A stretch of DNA of 61,939 nucleotides, the filler included, from Fonticula-like sp. SCN 57-25 (Eukaryota): the NCBI GenBank assembly GCA_001724245.1. It is 7 parts of 7 records of this genome, joined end to end, with 100 filler letters (N's around TTAATTAATTAA, not from the genome) between each part and the next. Parts side by side here need not be neighbours in the genome. Positions count along the whole stretch, not along the records: positions 17,786 to 26,554 come from MEDX01000288.1; positions 26,655 to 35,423 come from MEDX01000289.1; 5 more parts are not named here. One strand, written 5' to 3'. The stretch's first letter is position 1; the number at the start of each line of letters is the position of its first letter. The position numbers were made by a program, and so were the translations under genes. The notes under the pieces are model-generated. The model did not search any database. It was not told where the DNA came from and was given only the letters and a program-made list of their open reading frames with translations. Below, in pieces: positions 21,755-33,400 of the stretch.

Positions 21755-23250
21755 ATGTCGCGCATCATTGAGAACGGCGGTGACGACGATATGAGCAACC
21801 TTCAGGGTTTCTGGGGTGCGCCTGCGTTGCTCTGCCTCTCGCGGTGCCTAACCCCGCTCTCCCTCCTTCCCTGTAGGCCTCGTCCTTGAGCCCGGAAAGA
21901 GCTACCTCCAGGTCGTCGAGTCGGCGTTCCGCGTGACCATGGCTGCCCTCGGCCCCAAGATCAGCGGTGACGGCCGCTCGTGCGTGCAGGTTGAGATTGA
22001 AAAGTCCAACTTTGTGCTGTGCTCGCTCCGCCCCAACAAGACTGAGCAGCAGCCGATGGACATCCTCATCCCCGAGGGTGAGACCGTCCGCTTCTCGGTG
22101 TCTGGCGACAAGTGCGCAACAGTGGCGCCACCTACCGCGATACTCACCATGGCGCAGCGTCGTCCACCTTACCGGCTACTACCTCCCGCCCGTTGAGGAG
22201 TTTGGCGAGGACGGCTTTGACGAGGAGATCGACTCGGACGAATTCGACTCTGACGAATTTGACTCGTATCCGGACGATGCAGAGCCTCCCATGCTGGTGA
22301 GGTCTCCATTCATGTATCATGCTCAATTGCAGTGTTTGTGTGTGCGTGCGTGTATGCTTGTGCGTATGTTTTTGCGTGTGTTTGAGTGCATGTTTGCGCG
22401 TGTGATGCGCCCTTTTGAGCGAATTTGCTTTGGTTTCCCCCTGGTTCCGCTTTTTCCTTGACCCTCTTGACCTTTCAGTGACGAGTTTGATGACGAGGAG
22501 GGCGACGATGACGAGGAGGACGAGGAGGACGAGTCGGACGATGATGCTTCGCTCGCCTCGCCCGGCCGCATCGTCGAGATCTCGACCGAGCTCGCCAGCA
22601 ACAAGCGCAAGGCCGACCAGAAGCAGGCCCAGCAGCCCGCCAAGAAGGTGGCCGCCGACGCCAAGGCCGCCAACAAGCCCGAGGCTCAGCCCAAGAAGGA
22701 GCAGGCCAAGCCCGCCGCCCAGACGCCCAAGGCCGCCGACAAGGCCGCCGCGGCCCAGACCCCCAAGACCGCTGAGAAGCCCGCCGCCAAGGCCACCCCC
22801 GCCGCCAAGGCCACGCCCGCTGCCAAGGCCACCCCCGACGCCAAGGCCACCCCCGCCAAGGCTGCCACCCCCGCCAAGGCCGCCGCCGCCACCCCCGCCA
22901 AGGAGGCTGGCGTGAGCAAGACGCTCCCGAACGGTCTGATGATGAACGACAAGACGGTCGGTGCCGGCAAGAAGGCCAAGGCCGGCCGCACTGTCGCCGT
23001 CCGTTACGTCGGCAAGCTCGACAACGGCAAGGTTTTCGACAGCAACACGAGCGGCAAGCCGTTCAAGTTCCGCCTCGGCGCCGGTCAGGTGATCAAGGGC
23101 TGGGACCTCGGCGTTGACGGCATGTCCGTCGGCGGCGAGCGCACCCTCCGCATCCCGGCCAACCTCGCGTACGGCGCCTCGGGCGCCCCGCCGACCATCC
23201 CCAAGAACGCCACCCTCACGTTCGACGTCAAGCTCCTTGACGTCGAATAA
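21755..23250 (+). CDS. Nucleoplasmin-like-domain FKBP peptidyl-prolyl isomerase (Fpr3/Fpr4/FKBP39/FKBP53 type)
   Basis: N-terminal [10 protein letters not shown]...FRVTMAALG...FVLCSL NPL domain, acidic tracts, K/A/P-rich linker, C-terminal FKBP domain ([24 protein letters not shown]); several short introns. Confidence 0.93.
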
Positions 23251-23406
23251 GGGTCGGGGACAGGTATCGATGACGGGCAAACTATTTGCTAAGACTGTTT
23301 GTACATTTTTCATATACATCTGCTCGTTTCCATTTCTTTTCGCGTTGAACTGTTTTGTCGGCAAAAAAGTGCAAACGTTTGCGTCAAATGTTATTGTCAT
23401 TACTTT

Positions 23407-24639
23407 TTACAAGTCGCCGCCCTGCGGCTCGTTCTCTGCGAGAATGTATCTCCGCTTGGACTGTGCCCGTGCGATGAGCTCCTGCTCCGCCTTGACAAGC
23501 GACGCGAGCTGCTTCTTTGTGGTATAGAGGTCGTACACAATGGCCACAAAGACGAGCGCAACGGCGGCTGCGACGAGCGGCAGCTGCTGGAGGCGCGCGG
23601 CCGCGAGCGCCGACGTCTCGTTCTGCCGCTTGAGCTCCTCCGTCTGGTAAACAGTGAGCAGCACAAGCGCCTGCCCGTCCACGTGGGCGCCCTGCTGCAC
23701 GAGTACCCTCGCGGCCGCGAGGTTGCCCTGCTTGAGGACGGCGTGCAGGAGGCCGGACGACGCCGTCGCCTCGGGGCACTTTTGCACGAGCGTCGCGGCC
23801 GACGGGTTGCCCGCGAGCAAGGCAGCCTCGACGTCGGCCGCGTCGACGTAGCGCGCGTGGGTGGCGGCGCGGCGCGCAAGGCGGTCGCAGTGGGCCGCCG
23901 CGGCCGTCATGAGCGCGGCGGTGGTGTCCACACGGCTGCCGGTGGTGAGGAGCGCGTCAAAGACGGCATCGGAAGAGCAGAGGCGCGCGGCGAGCGTCAG
24001 GGGCGTCTCGCCGTCGCGGTTGGTCGCGGCAATGCGTGCGGCGGTGACGCCGACGGCGTTAATTGTCTCGAGGGATCCCGCCAGGACTGCGAGATGCAGA
24101 GCACTGTTGCCGTCGACATCGACAGCAGAGACATCGCTGTTGGCCATGCGGAGGTAGGAGAGCGCCTTGCCGGAGCCGTGCTTTGCGGCCGCGAGGAAGG
24201 GGGTGCGCTCGTAAGCGTCGCGCGAGTCGAGGGGGGCGCCGGCGGACACGAGCTGCTTGAGGAAGGCGACATCGGCGGCGCGGGAAGCGGCGACATGCAG
24301 AACAGTGGATCCGGAAAAGAGGGGATTAAGAAGCGAAAGATCGGCGCCATGGGAGATCAGGAGCGACGCGATCTGCTGGCGGAGAGCGGCGAGATCAGCG
24401 AACGTGCCGGTCACTTCGTCGTCGAGATCGGCAAGCGTCCACGTCCACTCATCGGCCGCGGCAAAGAGGGCCGCCGTCGCATGCTGCGTCATGTTGGGAT
24501 TCGCGGCATTCTCCTGGAACCAGCGATCGACAGCGGGGAGGTTGCCGCTCGCGACAGACTTTTCTAACGTGATCGCGCTCGGCGCAACAAAGGAAAGGAC
24601 GAGCAGGAGCCAGCCCGATACGGCATTCTGCCACCCCAT
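23407..24639 (-). CDS. Ankyrin-repeat protein with N-terminal signal peptide and C-terminal TM helix
   Basis: TVLHVAA, RTPFLAAA, NSALHLAV and ETPLTLAA ankyrin motifs; hydrophobic N-terminus; PLVAAAVALVFVAIVY TM followed by a short coiled tail. Confidence 0.8.
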   Translation of the reverse strand: MGWQNAVSGWLLLVLSFVAPSAITLEKSVASGNLPAVDRWFQENAANPNMTQHATAALFAAADEWTWTLADLDDEVTGTFADLAALRQQIASLLISHGADLSLLNPLFSGSTVLHVAASRAADVAFLKQLVSAGAPLDSRDAYERTPFLAAAKHGSGKALSYLRMANSDVSAVDVDGNSALHLAVLAGSLETINAVGVTAARIAATNRDGETPLTLAARLCSSDAVFDALLTTGSRVDTTAALMTAAAAHCDRLARRAATHARYVDAADVEAALLAGNPSAATLVQKCPEATASSGLLHAVLKQGNLAAARVLVQQGAHVDGQALVLLTVYQTEELKRQNETSALAAARLQQLPLVAAAVALVFVAIVYDLYTTKKQLASLVKAEQELIARAQSKRRYILAENEPQGGDL

Positions 24640-25021
24640 GATGATCGAGGCTGAGGCAGGTGTAATGTACAGTCAGCGTTACGATCTTTACAGAAAAAGA
24701 ATGGTTTCCCGCCAGATTCAGACGAGACGTGATGACGGGCCGTGCGCCGACGCTACCCCCAGCTTCGTAAAACAGCGTTACTTTGTTGCTTTCGTTGCTA
24801 TTGTAAGTGCTTTTATATCATGTTTATGTAGCGACGTGTGCACGCGTGGCAATGCCCCTTGAAAGTGCGATCCTGAATGTTGCCGCTGCTCTCCTACGGG
24901 GGAGACGTACGGCAGTCCAGGGGCTACATGCCTTTGGATGCAACAGTTAAGAAGCGCTCCACTGCGCTGCTAATTCTTTCTGTGCGCGCATACCATTCAT
25001 CGCCCGTTTCCCGCGCCCGCC

Positions 25022-25432
25022 ATGTCGAGCAAGTGCGTCACGTGCGAGAAGAACGTTTACCCTTCGGACCCGCGCGTGTCCATCAACAGCAAGGCGTACC
25101 ATGCGGCATGCTTCTTCTGCGAAAAGTGCCGCATCCGCCTCGACCTGCGCACGTACCGCGCCCAGCAGGGCCGCATGTTTTGCTCAAAGTGCATTCCCGT
25201 TGAGAGCGTAAAGTACGGCATGGACTCGATGGAGAGCCAGCGCGTCAAGGCCGTCGAGACCGTCCGCCGCGACGCAGCGATGCCGTACGGAATGGCAAAG
25301 GCGGGCAACCTGACCGTCAAGGCGTCGCCCGACGGATCGTCCCCGGAGACAACGTCGCCCGCGTTCCGCTCGCACCGAGAAACCGTCCCGTCGCCAATGT
25401 CCGCTGGCAGCGATGCCGAGATGGAGCGCTGA
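25022..25432 (+). CDS. Single LIM-domain protein
   Basis: CVTC...YHAACFFCEKC...MFCSKC LIM zinc-binding pattern. Confidence 0.85.
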   Translation: MSSKCVTCEKNVYPSDPRVSINSKAYHAACFFCEKCRIRLDLRTYRAQQGRMFCSKCIPVESVKYGMDSMESQRVKAVETVRRDAAMPYGMAKAGNLTVKASPDGSSPETTSPAFRSHRETVPSPMSAGSDAEMER

Positions 25433-25627
25433 AACCCGACATCATTTTATACCCCTTTTGCTGAAGTGAATCGCATATTTAATACAGTCCTTTCAAGTGC
25501 AAAAAACAGCTATTTTAGCGCTATTTTTATCATTCCCGATGCCAAATGCAATTATTTATCAGTATATTTAATCCATAGTAATCGTTCCATAATGCTAAAA
25601 GACAAGAAAAAAAGACATCCTCCCCCC

Positions 25628-26554
25628 TCACGCCATCTTGACGCCGTGCTTGGGATTGGCGCGCGTCGTCTCCATGGGCGTTCCGCGGCGCAGCACGCCG
25701 TCCTTTTCGCGCACCGTGACCGTCCTCGCGCCAACCGGCTTGCTCTTGTCAACAAACTTGAACGCGTGGCGCGCGTTGGCGAGCTTCTCGTCCTTGCCCA
25801 GCTTGAGCGCCGGGTCGGCCTTGTTGTCGACGCGCTTGGGGTCGACGGCGTCAAAGAGACCCGGGTACGTCACCTTCTTCTTTGTGGCCGTGCGCGGCAC
25901 GACCTTTGTGTGCTCGTCAACGAGCACTAACCGCGGGAGCGACCCGCGCTTTGGCTCGTCAACACCAGCCGCCACCTTGAGCGCCTCTGACGAGCGCACG
26001 AGCTTGTCGAGCTCCGCCTCCTCCTCGTCCTGCCGCAGGAACGACCAGTCCTCCTCGAGCCCCTGCGGGTCGTCGACAAAGACGAGCTCGCGGCGGTCGC
26101 GCTCGGTCAGGTACGCGTCGCGGCTGCCCGCGAGCGCCTTGAGGCCGTCCGGCAGGTCGTCAAACGACGGCGCGACGACATCGACGCCGTCGGGCCCGCG
26201 CGTCAGCTCGTCGAGCGCCGTCTGGATCTCGTCGGCGACCGGCGGCAGCGACGCGCGGTGAAGGCCAATGTCGCCCAGCGCCTGGCGCAGCGTGTGGCGG
26301 CGCAGCATCGTGTACAGCTTGACGTAGCGCACCATGCGGTGGTCCTGGTCCTCCATCCACATGTCGTGCAGGCCAGACGCGGTCTCCATCTGCTCGCCAA
26401 AGTAGGCGTCGATAGACTCGCCGCGGCGGCGCATCTCATACTCGTCCTCCTTGAGGCGCAGGATGGCGCTCGCGCGCGCCATGCTCACGCCAAAGTACGC
26501 AGAGAGGCGCTGCACCGTGAAAAAGTGCGGGAAGGTGACGTGCAGCGCGTGCAT
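25628..26554 (-). CDS. Probable mitochondrial ribosomal small-subunit protein mS45 (Bot1/Mrps35-like); 5' truncated
   Basis: TVQRLSAYFGVSMARASAILRLKE helix-turn-helix segment and C-terminal AFKFVD...VREKDGVLR resemble mS45. Confidence 0.6.
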   Translation of the reverse strand: MHALHVTFPHFFTVQRLSAYFGVSMARASAILRLKEDEYEMRRRGESIDAYFGEQMETASGLHDMWMEDQDHRMVRYVKLYTMLRRHTLRQALGDIGLHRASLPPVADEIQTALDELTRGPDGVDVVAPSFDDLPDGLKALAGSRDAYLTERDRRELVFVDDPQGLEEDWSFLRQDEEEAELDKLVRSSEALKVAAGVDEPKRGSLPRLVLVDEHTKVVPRTATKKKVTYPGLFDAVDPKRVDNKADPALKLGKDEKLANARHAFKFVDKSKPVGARTVTVREKDGVLRRGTPMETTRANPKHGVKMA

Positions 26555-26654
26555 NNNNNNNNNNNNNNNNNNNNNNNNNNNNNNNNNNNNNNNNNNNNTT
26601 AATTAATTAANNNNNNNNNNNNNNNNNNNNNNNNNNNNNNNNNNNNNNNNNNNN
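26555..26654. other. Artificial contig linker
   Basis: N44-TTAATTAATTAA-N44. Confidence 0.98.
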
Positions 26655-26769
26655 TTTGTCCTGTTTTGTCTATATATTATATTCATCTGATGTATTGTGC
26701 ATAGTGTTTTGGTTGGTACCCAATGAAAAGTCTAGTGCATACATTGCGAGCAGTGTCGCGAGGCGGCGC

Positions 26770-28088
26770 TCACTCTGACCAAATGCGCTCCGCCTCTTCC
26801 CGGTCGACGTGCTTGTACCAGCTCGGCAGCGTCTCGGGCAGGTTGGGGTTGTAGCGATAACTAAAAACGCATGCGATTCAGCACCCTGAACAGAGATCAC
26901 AAATGATGCGGAAAGAACGCCCGGCGCGTACTTTAAAAACACTTCCTCGTCACGCACGTGCCCCGTGCTGACCATGACGACGGCGCGCATGCTGCACCGC
27001 CCCTGAAGGTACATCAGGTTTGGCATCTGGTAGTACCGGTTGGGGACGTGAAGGCCCAATTCGCGCGGGAAATTGTCGGGGAGATCGAGGGCAAAGGAGA
27101 GCGCGAGGGGGGCCGTGCCCTCGGGCGGATGATTGAAGAGATGCGCAATAGAGAGGGACGAGCGGGGGAGCTGCGAAACAGTGCGACCGCACGGCATCGA
27201 TAGCGGAAGTGCGCTAGCATCGACATCAGTAAATTGATAGCGACACAAAAGGGAAAATAAAGTGCCATGAAAGCGGAAAACGAAAGTAAAAAACAATAAA
27301 TTGCGGCCAATAATGCCACAATTACGCATTAAAATAGAGGTAGAAAAAGATAAACATGCACAATGCTACTTTGATGTGAGACATACTCGTAGTTGGGGTC
27401 GATGAAGCGCGGGTCGATCACCGAGTCGCCCGGCTCGTACGCGTCCGGGTCAAGGATAACGTCATCAAACCTCACGAAAAGATAAGGATTCTTGCCAATG
27501 TTTGGGTAATGGGGGATCTGCCTCATGTCGAGCGGCATGTACTGTGCGTGATTAGCAGCATGAAGCGATTGATAATCATCGGTAATCATCGTACCACGAT
27601 GCCCGGGTAGACCGCCAGCAGTGTCCCTGGCGGCGCGTAGCCTCTTACAAAAATTCCCTTTCCGTGCACCTTTGACTCTGCTAGCTCGATCTTGTACCCC
27701 TTGCCACCGTTGACGCTCGTTCCCGTTTTCCGCTGCTGGGCGATCCCCTCGGACAAGACGCTCTTCAGTTGCCCGACAATGCTGTCCCGCACGGCCTCGC
27801 GGCGCTGCAAGTGCTGCAGCGCGTCCGCCTCTTCATTAACGAGCTTGGCCACCTCCTCAGTCTTGGCCTCGTACTCGGCGGACGAGGGATCCAGACCAGA
27901 CTCTAAAAGATGCGAGCGCGCACGCGTGGCAACAAATAAACGCAGCACATCAATCTGATGCTGAATTGTCCGAGGGCTGTCGCTCATCATCTTGCCAACC
28001 CATCTCCGCACCTAGACGCACAGAGCATTAGTGCACAGACAGCGAGAGGCACCATGGCACGCACCAGTCCCTCCAACACCGTGGCCAT
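26770..28088 (-). CDS. SETD9: SET-domain protein, SETD9-like
   Basis: Multi-exon. SKVHGKGIFVRG...AVYPGIV, NPYLFVRFDDVILD, AHLFNHPP, EEVFLNYRY and WYKHVDREEAERIW. Confidence 0.8.
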
Positions 28089-28096
28089 CGTCGGTG

Positions 28097-28116
28097 GTCA
28101 CGTGAATGTCACGTGA
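28097..28116. promoter_or_regulatory. Two GTCACGTGA E-box elements in a 43-bp bidirectional intergenic region
   Basis: 28097-28105 and 28108-28116, between divergent ATGs at 28088 and 28132. Confidence 0.6.
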
Positions 28117-28131
28117 GTTGTAGGTTGTTGC

Positions 28132-28788
28132 ATGCAGCGGTCGTCGGGCGGCAGGGTGGGCCGCCGGGCCCCCTCGTACGCGGCAGGCGCTGCGCGCTCG
28201 CTTGCCAAGGACCTTTCCTCCGGCGAGCTTCTCATTGCCGCGGTTGCGCGCCAGGACCAGGAGTCTGCTGAGCAGATCCTACACAGCGCGGCCGACCCGC
28301 GCGCTGTCGCCCGCTATGCCGATTCGCGCGGTCGGACGCCGCTTCATGTCGCGACGAGCGTTGGATCCCTGCGCCTTGTTGATCTCTTGCTTTCGTTTGG
28401 CGCGGACGTGTCGGCCCAGGACGTAAACGGCAACAGCGCACTGCACCTTGCGTGCACGGCCACGCGCCCAGCTATTGTCTCGCGCCTCTTGCGTGCGGGA
28501 TCCCGGGCGGACGTGCGGGATCGGTTCAGCGCGACACCGCGTGATGTCGCCGTGGCGAGACTGCGGATGCTGTCTGTGGCGACGGCGGAGGCCACACGCG
28601 AGGCAGTACAGAGAGACGTGGATGTCGTCTTGGAGATGCTGCTGGCGTGGAAGGAGGCGCGATCGACGCGCGGGACGGTCGAGGCGCAGACGGACGACCT
28701 GATCGCGCAGCTGCAGGGGATCAGCATGGAGGAGGGGACAATAGACGACCTGAAGAGGAAGCTCGGGACATTGGCATTTGATTTGTAA
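28132..28788 (+). CDS. ANKRD54: Ankyrin repeat protein, ANKRD54-like
   Basis: RTPLHVA, NSALHLAC and ATPRDVAVARL ankyrins; C-terminal DDLIAQLQGISMEEGTIDDL resembles ANKRD54. Confidence 0.65.
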   Translation: MQRSSGGRVGRRAPSYAAGAARSLAKDLSSGELLIAAVARQDQESAEQILHSAADPRAVARYADSRGRTPLHVATSVGSLRLVDLLLSFGADVSAQDVNGNSALHLACTATRPAIVSRLLRAGSRADVRDRFSATPRDVAVARLRMLSVATAEATREAVQRDVDVVLEMLLAWKEARSTRGTVEAQTDDLIAQLQGISMEEGTIDDLKRKLGTLAFDL

Positions 28789-28989
28789 TACTAGGACAGC
28801 AATTTTGAGTGCGTATTAGAGTGTACATGTGCTGTGTGGAAGGGTTGCTGTAAATTGGCATTTTTTTGGTAATTACTGAATTGCTGCAATATTCTCATTT
28901 AAATACAATGCTTGAATAATATCAATCAAAAACAGCACGAAACATTCCTATTTCTCTATGGTACATCAACAGAACAAAATAAAAAACTC

Positions 28990-30190
28990 TCACAACGTCG
29001 CCGCCGCCGCAGATGATCTTGCGAGCTGTTGCATTGCGACACTGGCATTGTGTCAGTATGATGATAAACTTTATATAGCACCTGCGTACTCTGCAAGGAC
29101 GAGTGCCGCCATGGCCTCGACGATCGGCACCGCTCTCGGCACGACGCACGGGTCGTGCCTCCCCTTGGCCTCGAGGACCGTCTGCGTGCCGTCAAATGTG
29201 GCGGTCGTCTGCGGCTGCGCAATGGTCGCCGGCGGCTTAAAGGCAACGCGGAAAAAGACGTCCTCGCCGTTGCTAATCCCCCCCTGTATCCCGCCCGAGT
29301 TGTTGGTGGCCGTCCGGAGCCGGCCGTCGCGCATTTCAAACATGTCGTTGTGCGCGCTGCCGGCCATGGACGCGCCTTCGAACCCGCTGCCGACCTCAAA
29401 GCCCTTTGTCGAGGGAATCGACAGCATCGCGTGCGCAAGCAATGCCTCAAGCTTGTCGAAAACGGGCTCGCCCCAGCCCGCGGGGACGTTGCGGCAGACG
29501 CAGCTCACAACGCCGCCGAGAGAGTCGGAGGCGGCGCGTGATGACGTCACCGCAGACACCATCAGGGAGGAAAGAGAGGAGTCGGGGCAGCGCACGGGGG
29601 AAAAGTCGACGAGAGAGCGCGAGACGGATGCGCAGAGAGGGATCTCGGCGCTGGATGGTAGCCGATGGCCGCCGATGCCACTCACCCAGGCAATAATCTC
29701 GACGCCAAAGGAGCGACGCAGAAAATGCTCCGCGACAGCGCCCGCTGCAACGCGACCTGGAAAAAAAGTCAAAAAAAGGAAAGGAGGAAAAAAGCGCACC
29801 GATCGTCTCGCGCGCAGATGAGCGGCCGCCGCCAGAGGACGCGCGGATGCCGTACTTTGATTGGTATGTGTAGTCGGCATGCGAAGGTCGAGGGATGTTT
29901 GACATGCTGGCATAGTCACCCGGCCGATGATCCTCGTTCATGACAAGCAGCGATATAGGCGTGCCCAGCGTAACTCCGTGCTCGGTGCCCGAGAGGATCC
30001 GCACGCGATCTTTTTCATCGCGCGCGGTTACGAGATCGCTCTGGCCGGGGCGACGGCGACTCAGCTGTGGCTGAATATCAGCTTCGGTGAGAGGCATGCC
30101 GGGAGGGACGCCATCAATGACGCAGCCGACACCCGGACAGTGTGATTCGCCAAACGTGGTCACACGAAATAGAGTGTTAAACGTGCTCAT
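28990..30190 (-). CDS. ARO2: Chorismate synthase
   Basis: Exons 30190-29800, 29756-29090 and a last exon ending 28990. [39 protein letters not shown] and [11 protein letters not shown] signatures. Confidence 0.97.
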
Positions 30191-30406
30191 GGCCGACTAC
30201 CGCAATCTCGGCCGACGTCGTCGTCAGGGCAAATTTGGCGGGAGATGACTGTGCAAACTGCAAACTTACCGGTATCGCACTATCGTCACTTATCGTGGAT
30301 GGTATAAATTATTATGTGTCCACCAACCGACAAGCTTTGCCGAGCAATAATAGATTATATTATACATATCAAAACATGAATAATGGTACATGAACGATGA
30401 TGATGC

Positions 30407-33400
30407 CTAGAGCCTCATGTCCGGAAACGTTGCGCGCAGTGTGATGACCATGACTGACGGCGCCTCGTCCGCCTGCGTGAGGCTGCTCTTGACGTCCGGC
30501 TCGAGCGACTGCATGACGGCCTTGTACGCGTCGGCAATATCCATCTCGCTTTCGTAGGCGCCTGTCTGCGCAATGACGCGCCTCCTCAGCGTGGTACCGC
30601 TCCTGACGCTGCCCGTGTCGTCGGCGGCGTCCGATGCGCTCTCTGCCGTGGACTCGCCAAGGAGTGCCGGCGACCCCGCGCTCTGCTGCAGCGCGGCCGC
30701 CGTGTCGTTGTTCTCCATGACAAAGTCAATGCTGTCTCCGTCGGCATATGGGACCGACATTGCCTGCTGCGGCAGCATGAGCGACGGCTGGATAGCGACC
30801 GGCCGCGGCTTGGGCGGGAGCGGGCTTGGCCGCAGCGCAGCGCGGACAAGGTGCTCGTAGCAGCTCGCCTTGAAAATCGGCTCGTCGCGAAGCAGAAGCC
30901 GCGCCTGGATGAAAAACGTCACCGCCGCCTGCAGCTGACCGCTCGACATCTTTTCATTGATCTGCTCCAGAAAGCGCAGCACCGTCGCGTCGCGCGCATT
31001 GTCCCACCGCAAAGACATGAACGACTGCGCGTTCGAGTAGTCGCGGCGCGGCCAGCCAAGCAGCCGACGCCGGATGCCAGTCACCTTAAGCGACAGGCGC
31101 ATTGGCGGGTGCGAGGGCAACGATGGGATTGCAAACCCGCTACCCGAAACCGTTAACGTTGTCGCCGACGGCGACAGCGGGTTCGCGTTCGCAAGCGCGA
31201 CAAACGCGGGTAGCGTGGGGCCAACCGGGGCTGCGGGCGCAGCCGGCAGCGGCGGCGCGGGGGGCGCAGCGGCGCCGGCGGCGGTGGACGAGAGGGTGCC
31301 AAGCGCTGGCGCAGGCGGTCCGAGGTGCCTCCCGCCTGCCCCGCCGCTGGCAACGCTCGTGCGGCTGTTTGCGTTCAGAGCGGCCGATGTGGCGCTGCCG
31401 CCGTTGCGTGACCAGAAAGACCCAAAAAAGGTGCGTGACGCGGTAGCGGACGGCGAGATAGGGACAACCGCAAATTCGCGCGTCGCTTCGTTGCTTTTGA
31501 GGAGCCGCGCTGCAGCGATCGAGTCGAACGGAACGTCCAGCGCCGAAAAGTAGTAGACGCAGTTCCAAAAGAGGAGCGGATGATCGCGCAAAAAAGCGGC
31601 CTTGCTGCGCGCGATGCCCTTGTTAAAGCTGAGCACAGCGGAGAGCTCGGCAAAGAGGACTGTTGGCTTGAGGAACGCCACCGACGCGGGCACTTGCTCG
31701 CCAAACCACGCCGCAGACGTCGAGGCCGACGCCGAGGACAGCGTTGATGATGCCGACGCCGACGCCTGCGGCTTGAGGGACGCATCGCCTCCGTCGTCGC
31801 CGCGCGCGTCAGCCGCCGACTGCGCAAACGCAGCGGCGGCGCCCTGCTGCTCCCTCGCATACTCAACGATGATGCGCGGGTGGAGGTGCCGCGCGCAGCC
31901 GGGGCACTCGGTGTTGGACCCCTCATCGTCGCCGTTCCACCCACTAACAATGGCCGCCTCGGAAAGCGTGAGACCACACCCGCCGACGATGCCGCTGCTG
32001 CTGGCGCCGACGTTGCCGCTGTCACCGCCGCCGGCGCTGCAAACGCACTCGACACGCATGACGAGGCCCGACATGCCGAGGGGCGACTCGAACAACGTGC
32101 TAAACTTTTGCCCAGCGGAAGAGGCGCCCGCCGAGCCCGCGGAAGAATTGGCGGCGGCAGAGGCGGGCGCGACCATGGTGCCCGCCACCGCCTGCACCTG
32201 CCAGCCGTACGCGACGGCGTCGCCCTGGATGCCCTGCATGGCCATGTCGCGCATAATGTAGCGCGCTTCGTCGGCGAGGCCGCGCCGACCGCACACCTCT
32301 AGCAGGCACTGGTACACGAGGTAGTCTGGCACGAGGCCCTCTACGGACCGCAGCTGCCATAGGACACTCAGACCGTACTTGATCGCCTGCTTTGCGTCGG
32401 CGGCGCGCGCGCCGTAAGCAGAGAACAGGCGGAACCACACGCAGTACGCCGCCGTCTTGATCTCCTCGCACGCGCTCAGCGCCTGCTGGCGGCTCGAGGC
32501 AGGCACGCTCGCGTTGGCGCCAGCGTTCTGCGCCGCCACGGCAGCCATAGCGGCAACTGCCGTCGAGGCGGCCGTCGACGAGCGCCGGAGAGAATACCGC
32601 ACGCGGCGCGGCGACGAATTGTTCACGCGCGACGCGCCGCCAGACGTCAGGCGGCGGGGGATCGCGCTCGGCGTCGTTGGAGGTGGCGCAGACGGCCACG
32701 CGATCAGCTCGGACGATTTTGTCGGCCGCGCGGGGACGAACGCGCTCGCGTCAAAACGAGGGAAGCGCACGTATGTGTACGTTGAGGATTCGGGGATACC
32801 GGCGGCGTTGGGACGCGGCACAGTGTACGTCCGCTCCGCCAGCCGCTGCTTGCGGACCTTGGACTTTGAAGCAGAACGGCTCCGTTTGCCCGCGTCCTTG
32901 GCCGGCGACGACGACGCGTCAGAGGTGCCGCCTTTCACCTTTGAAACGGGCGTCTTGGTGCCCGAGGAGGGCATTGCGGCGGCCGGCGCGGCAACCTGAA
33001 CCTGCTTCTCCATCTGCGTGTCAAAGTACATAAAGAGGCCGTCCTGATCGGGCTCAAATGTCCGGTCCTCAATCAACTTGTTGAACGTGATCGTGTCAAA
33101 CAGCACTGAAAACGCGCCGCGCATTGTTAACTATAATAAAACACCAAAAATGGCGCGTACTGTAGTAAAAGTCACGAGAAGTGCTGCTTTTCGTTGCGCA
33201 AAAGCCCTCGCGGTCAAAGAGGTCGTTCACCGTAATGAGCGCGTCCTTGCCTGTCGGCGGCGCCTGCAAAAAGTCATTGTACCTCGCGAGCAGCCTGCAC
33301 ATAAAGTGGAGGAACGCCTCTCTGATGTCGTTCATGTGCTCGGACACCTGCGGGAGGTGCTTGACGGGCTTGTCAGGCGTGACCGGCGCTAGGACGCCCT

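Noticed and set aside
18548-24567. Antisense ORFs over Sec61-alpha, FKBP and the ankyrin gene
   Set aside because: Mirror frames of well-supported genes in GC-rich sequence.
31900-32460. PPR motif and Cys cluster in the DENN protein as a novel fusion
   Set aside because: These are normal parts of DENND4/CRAG proteins.
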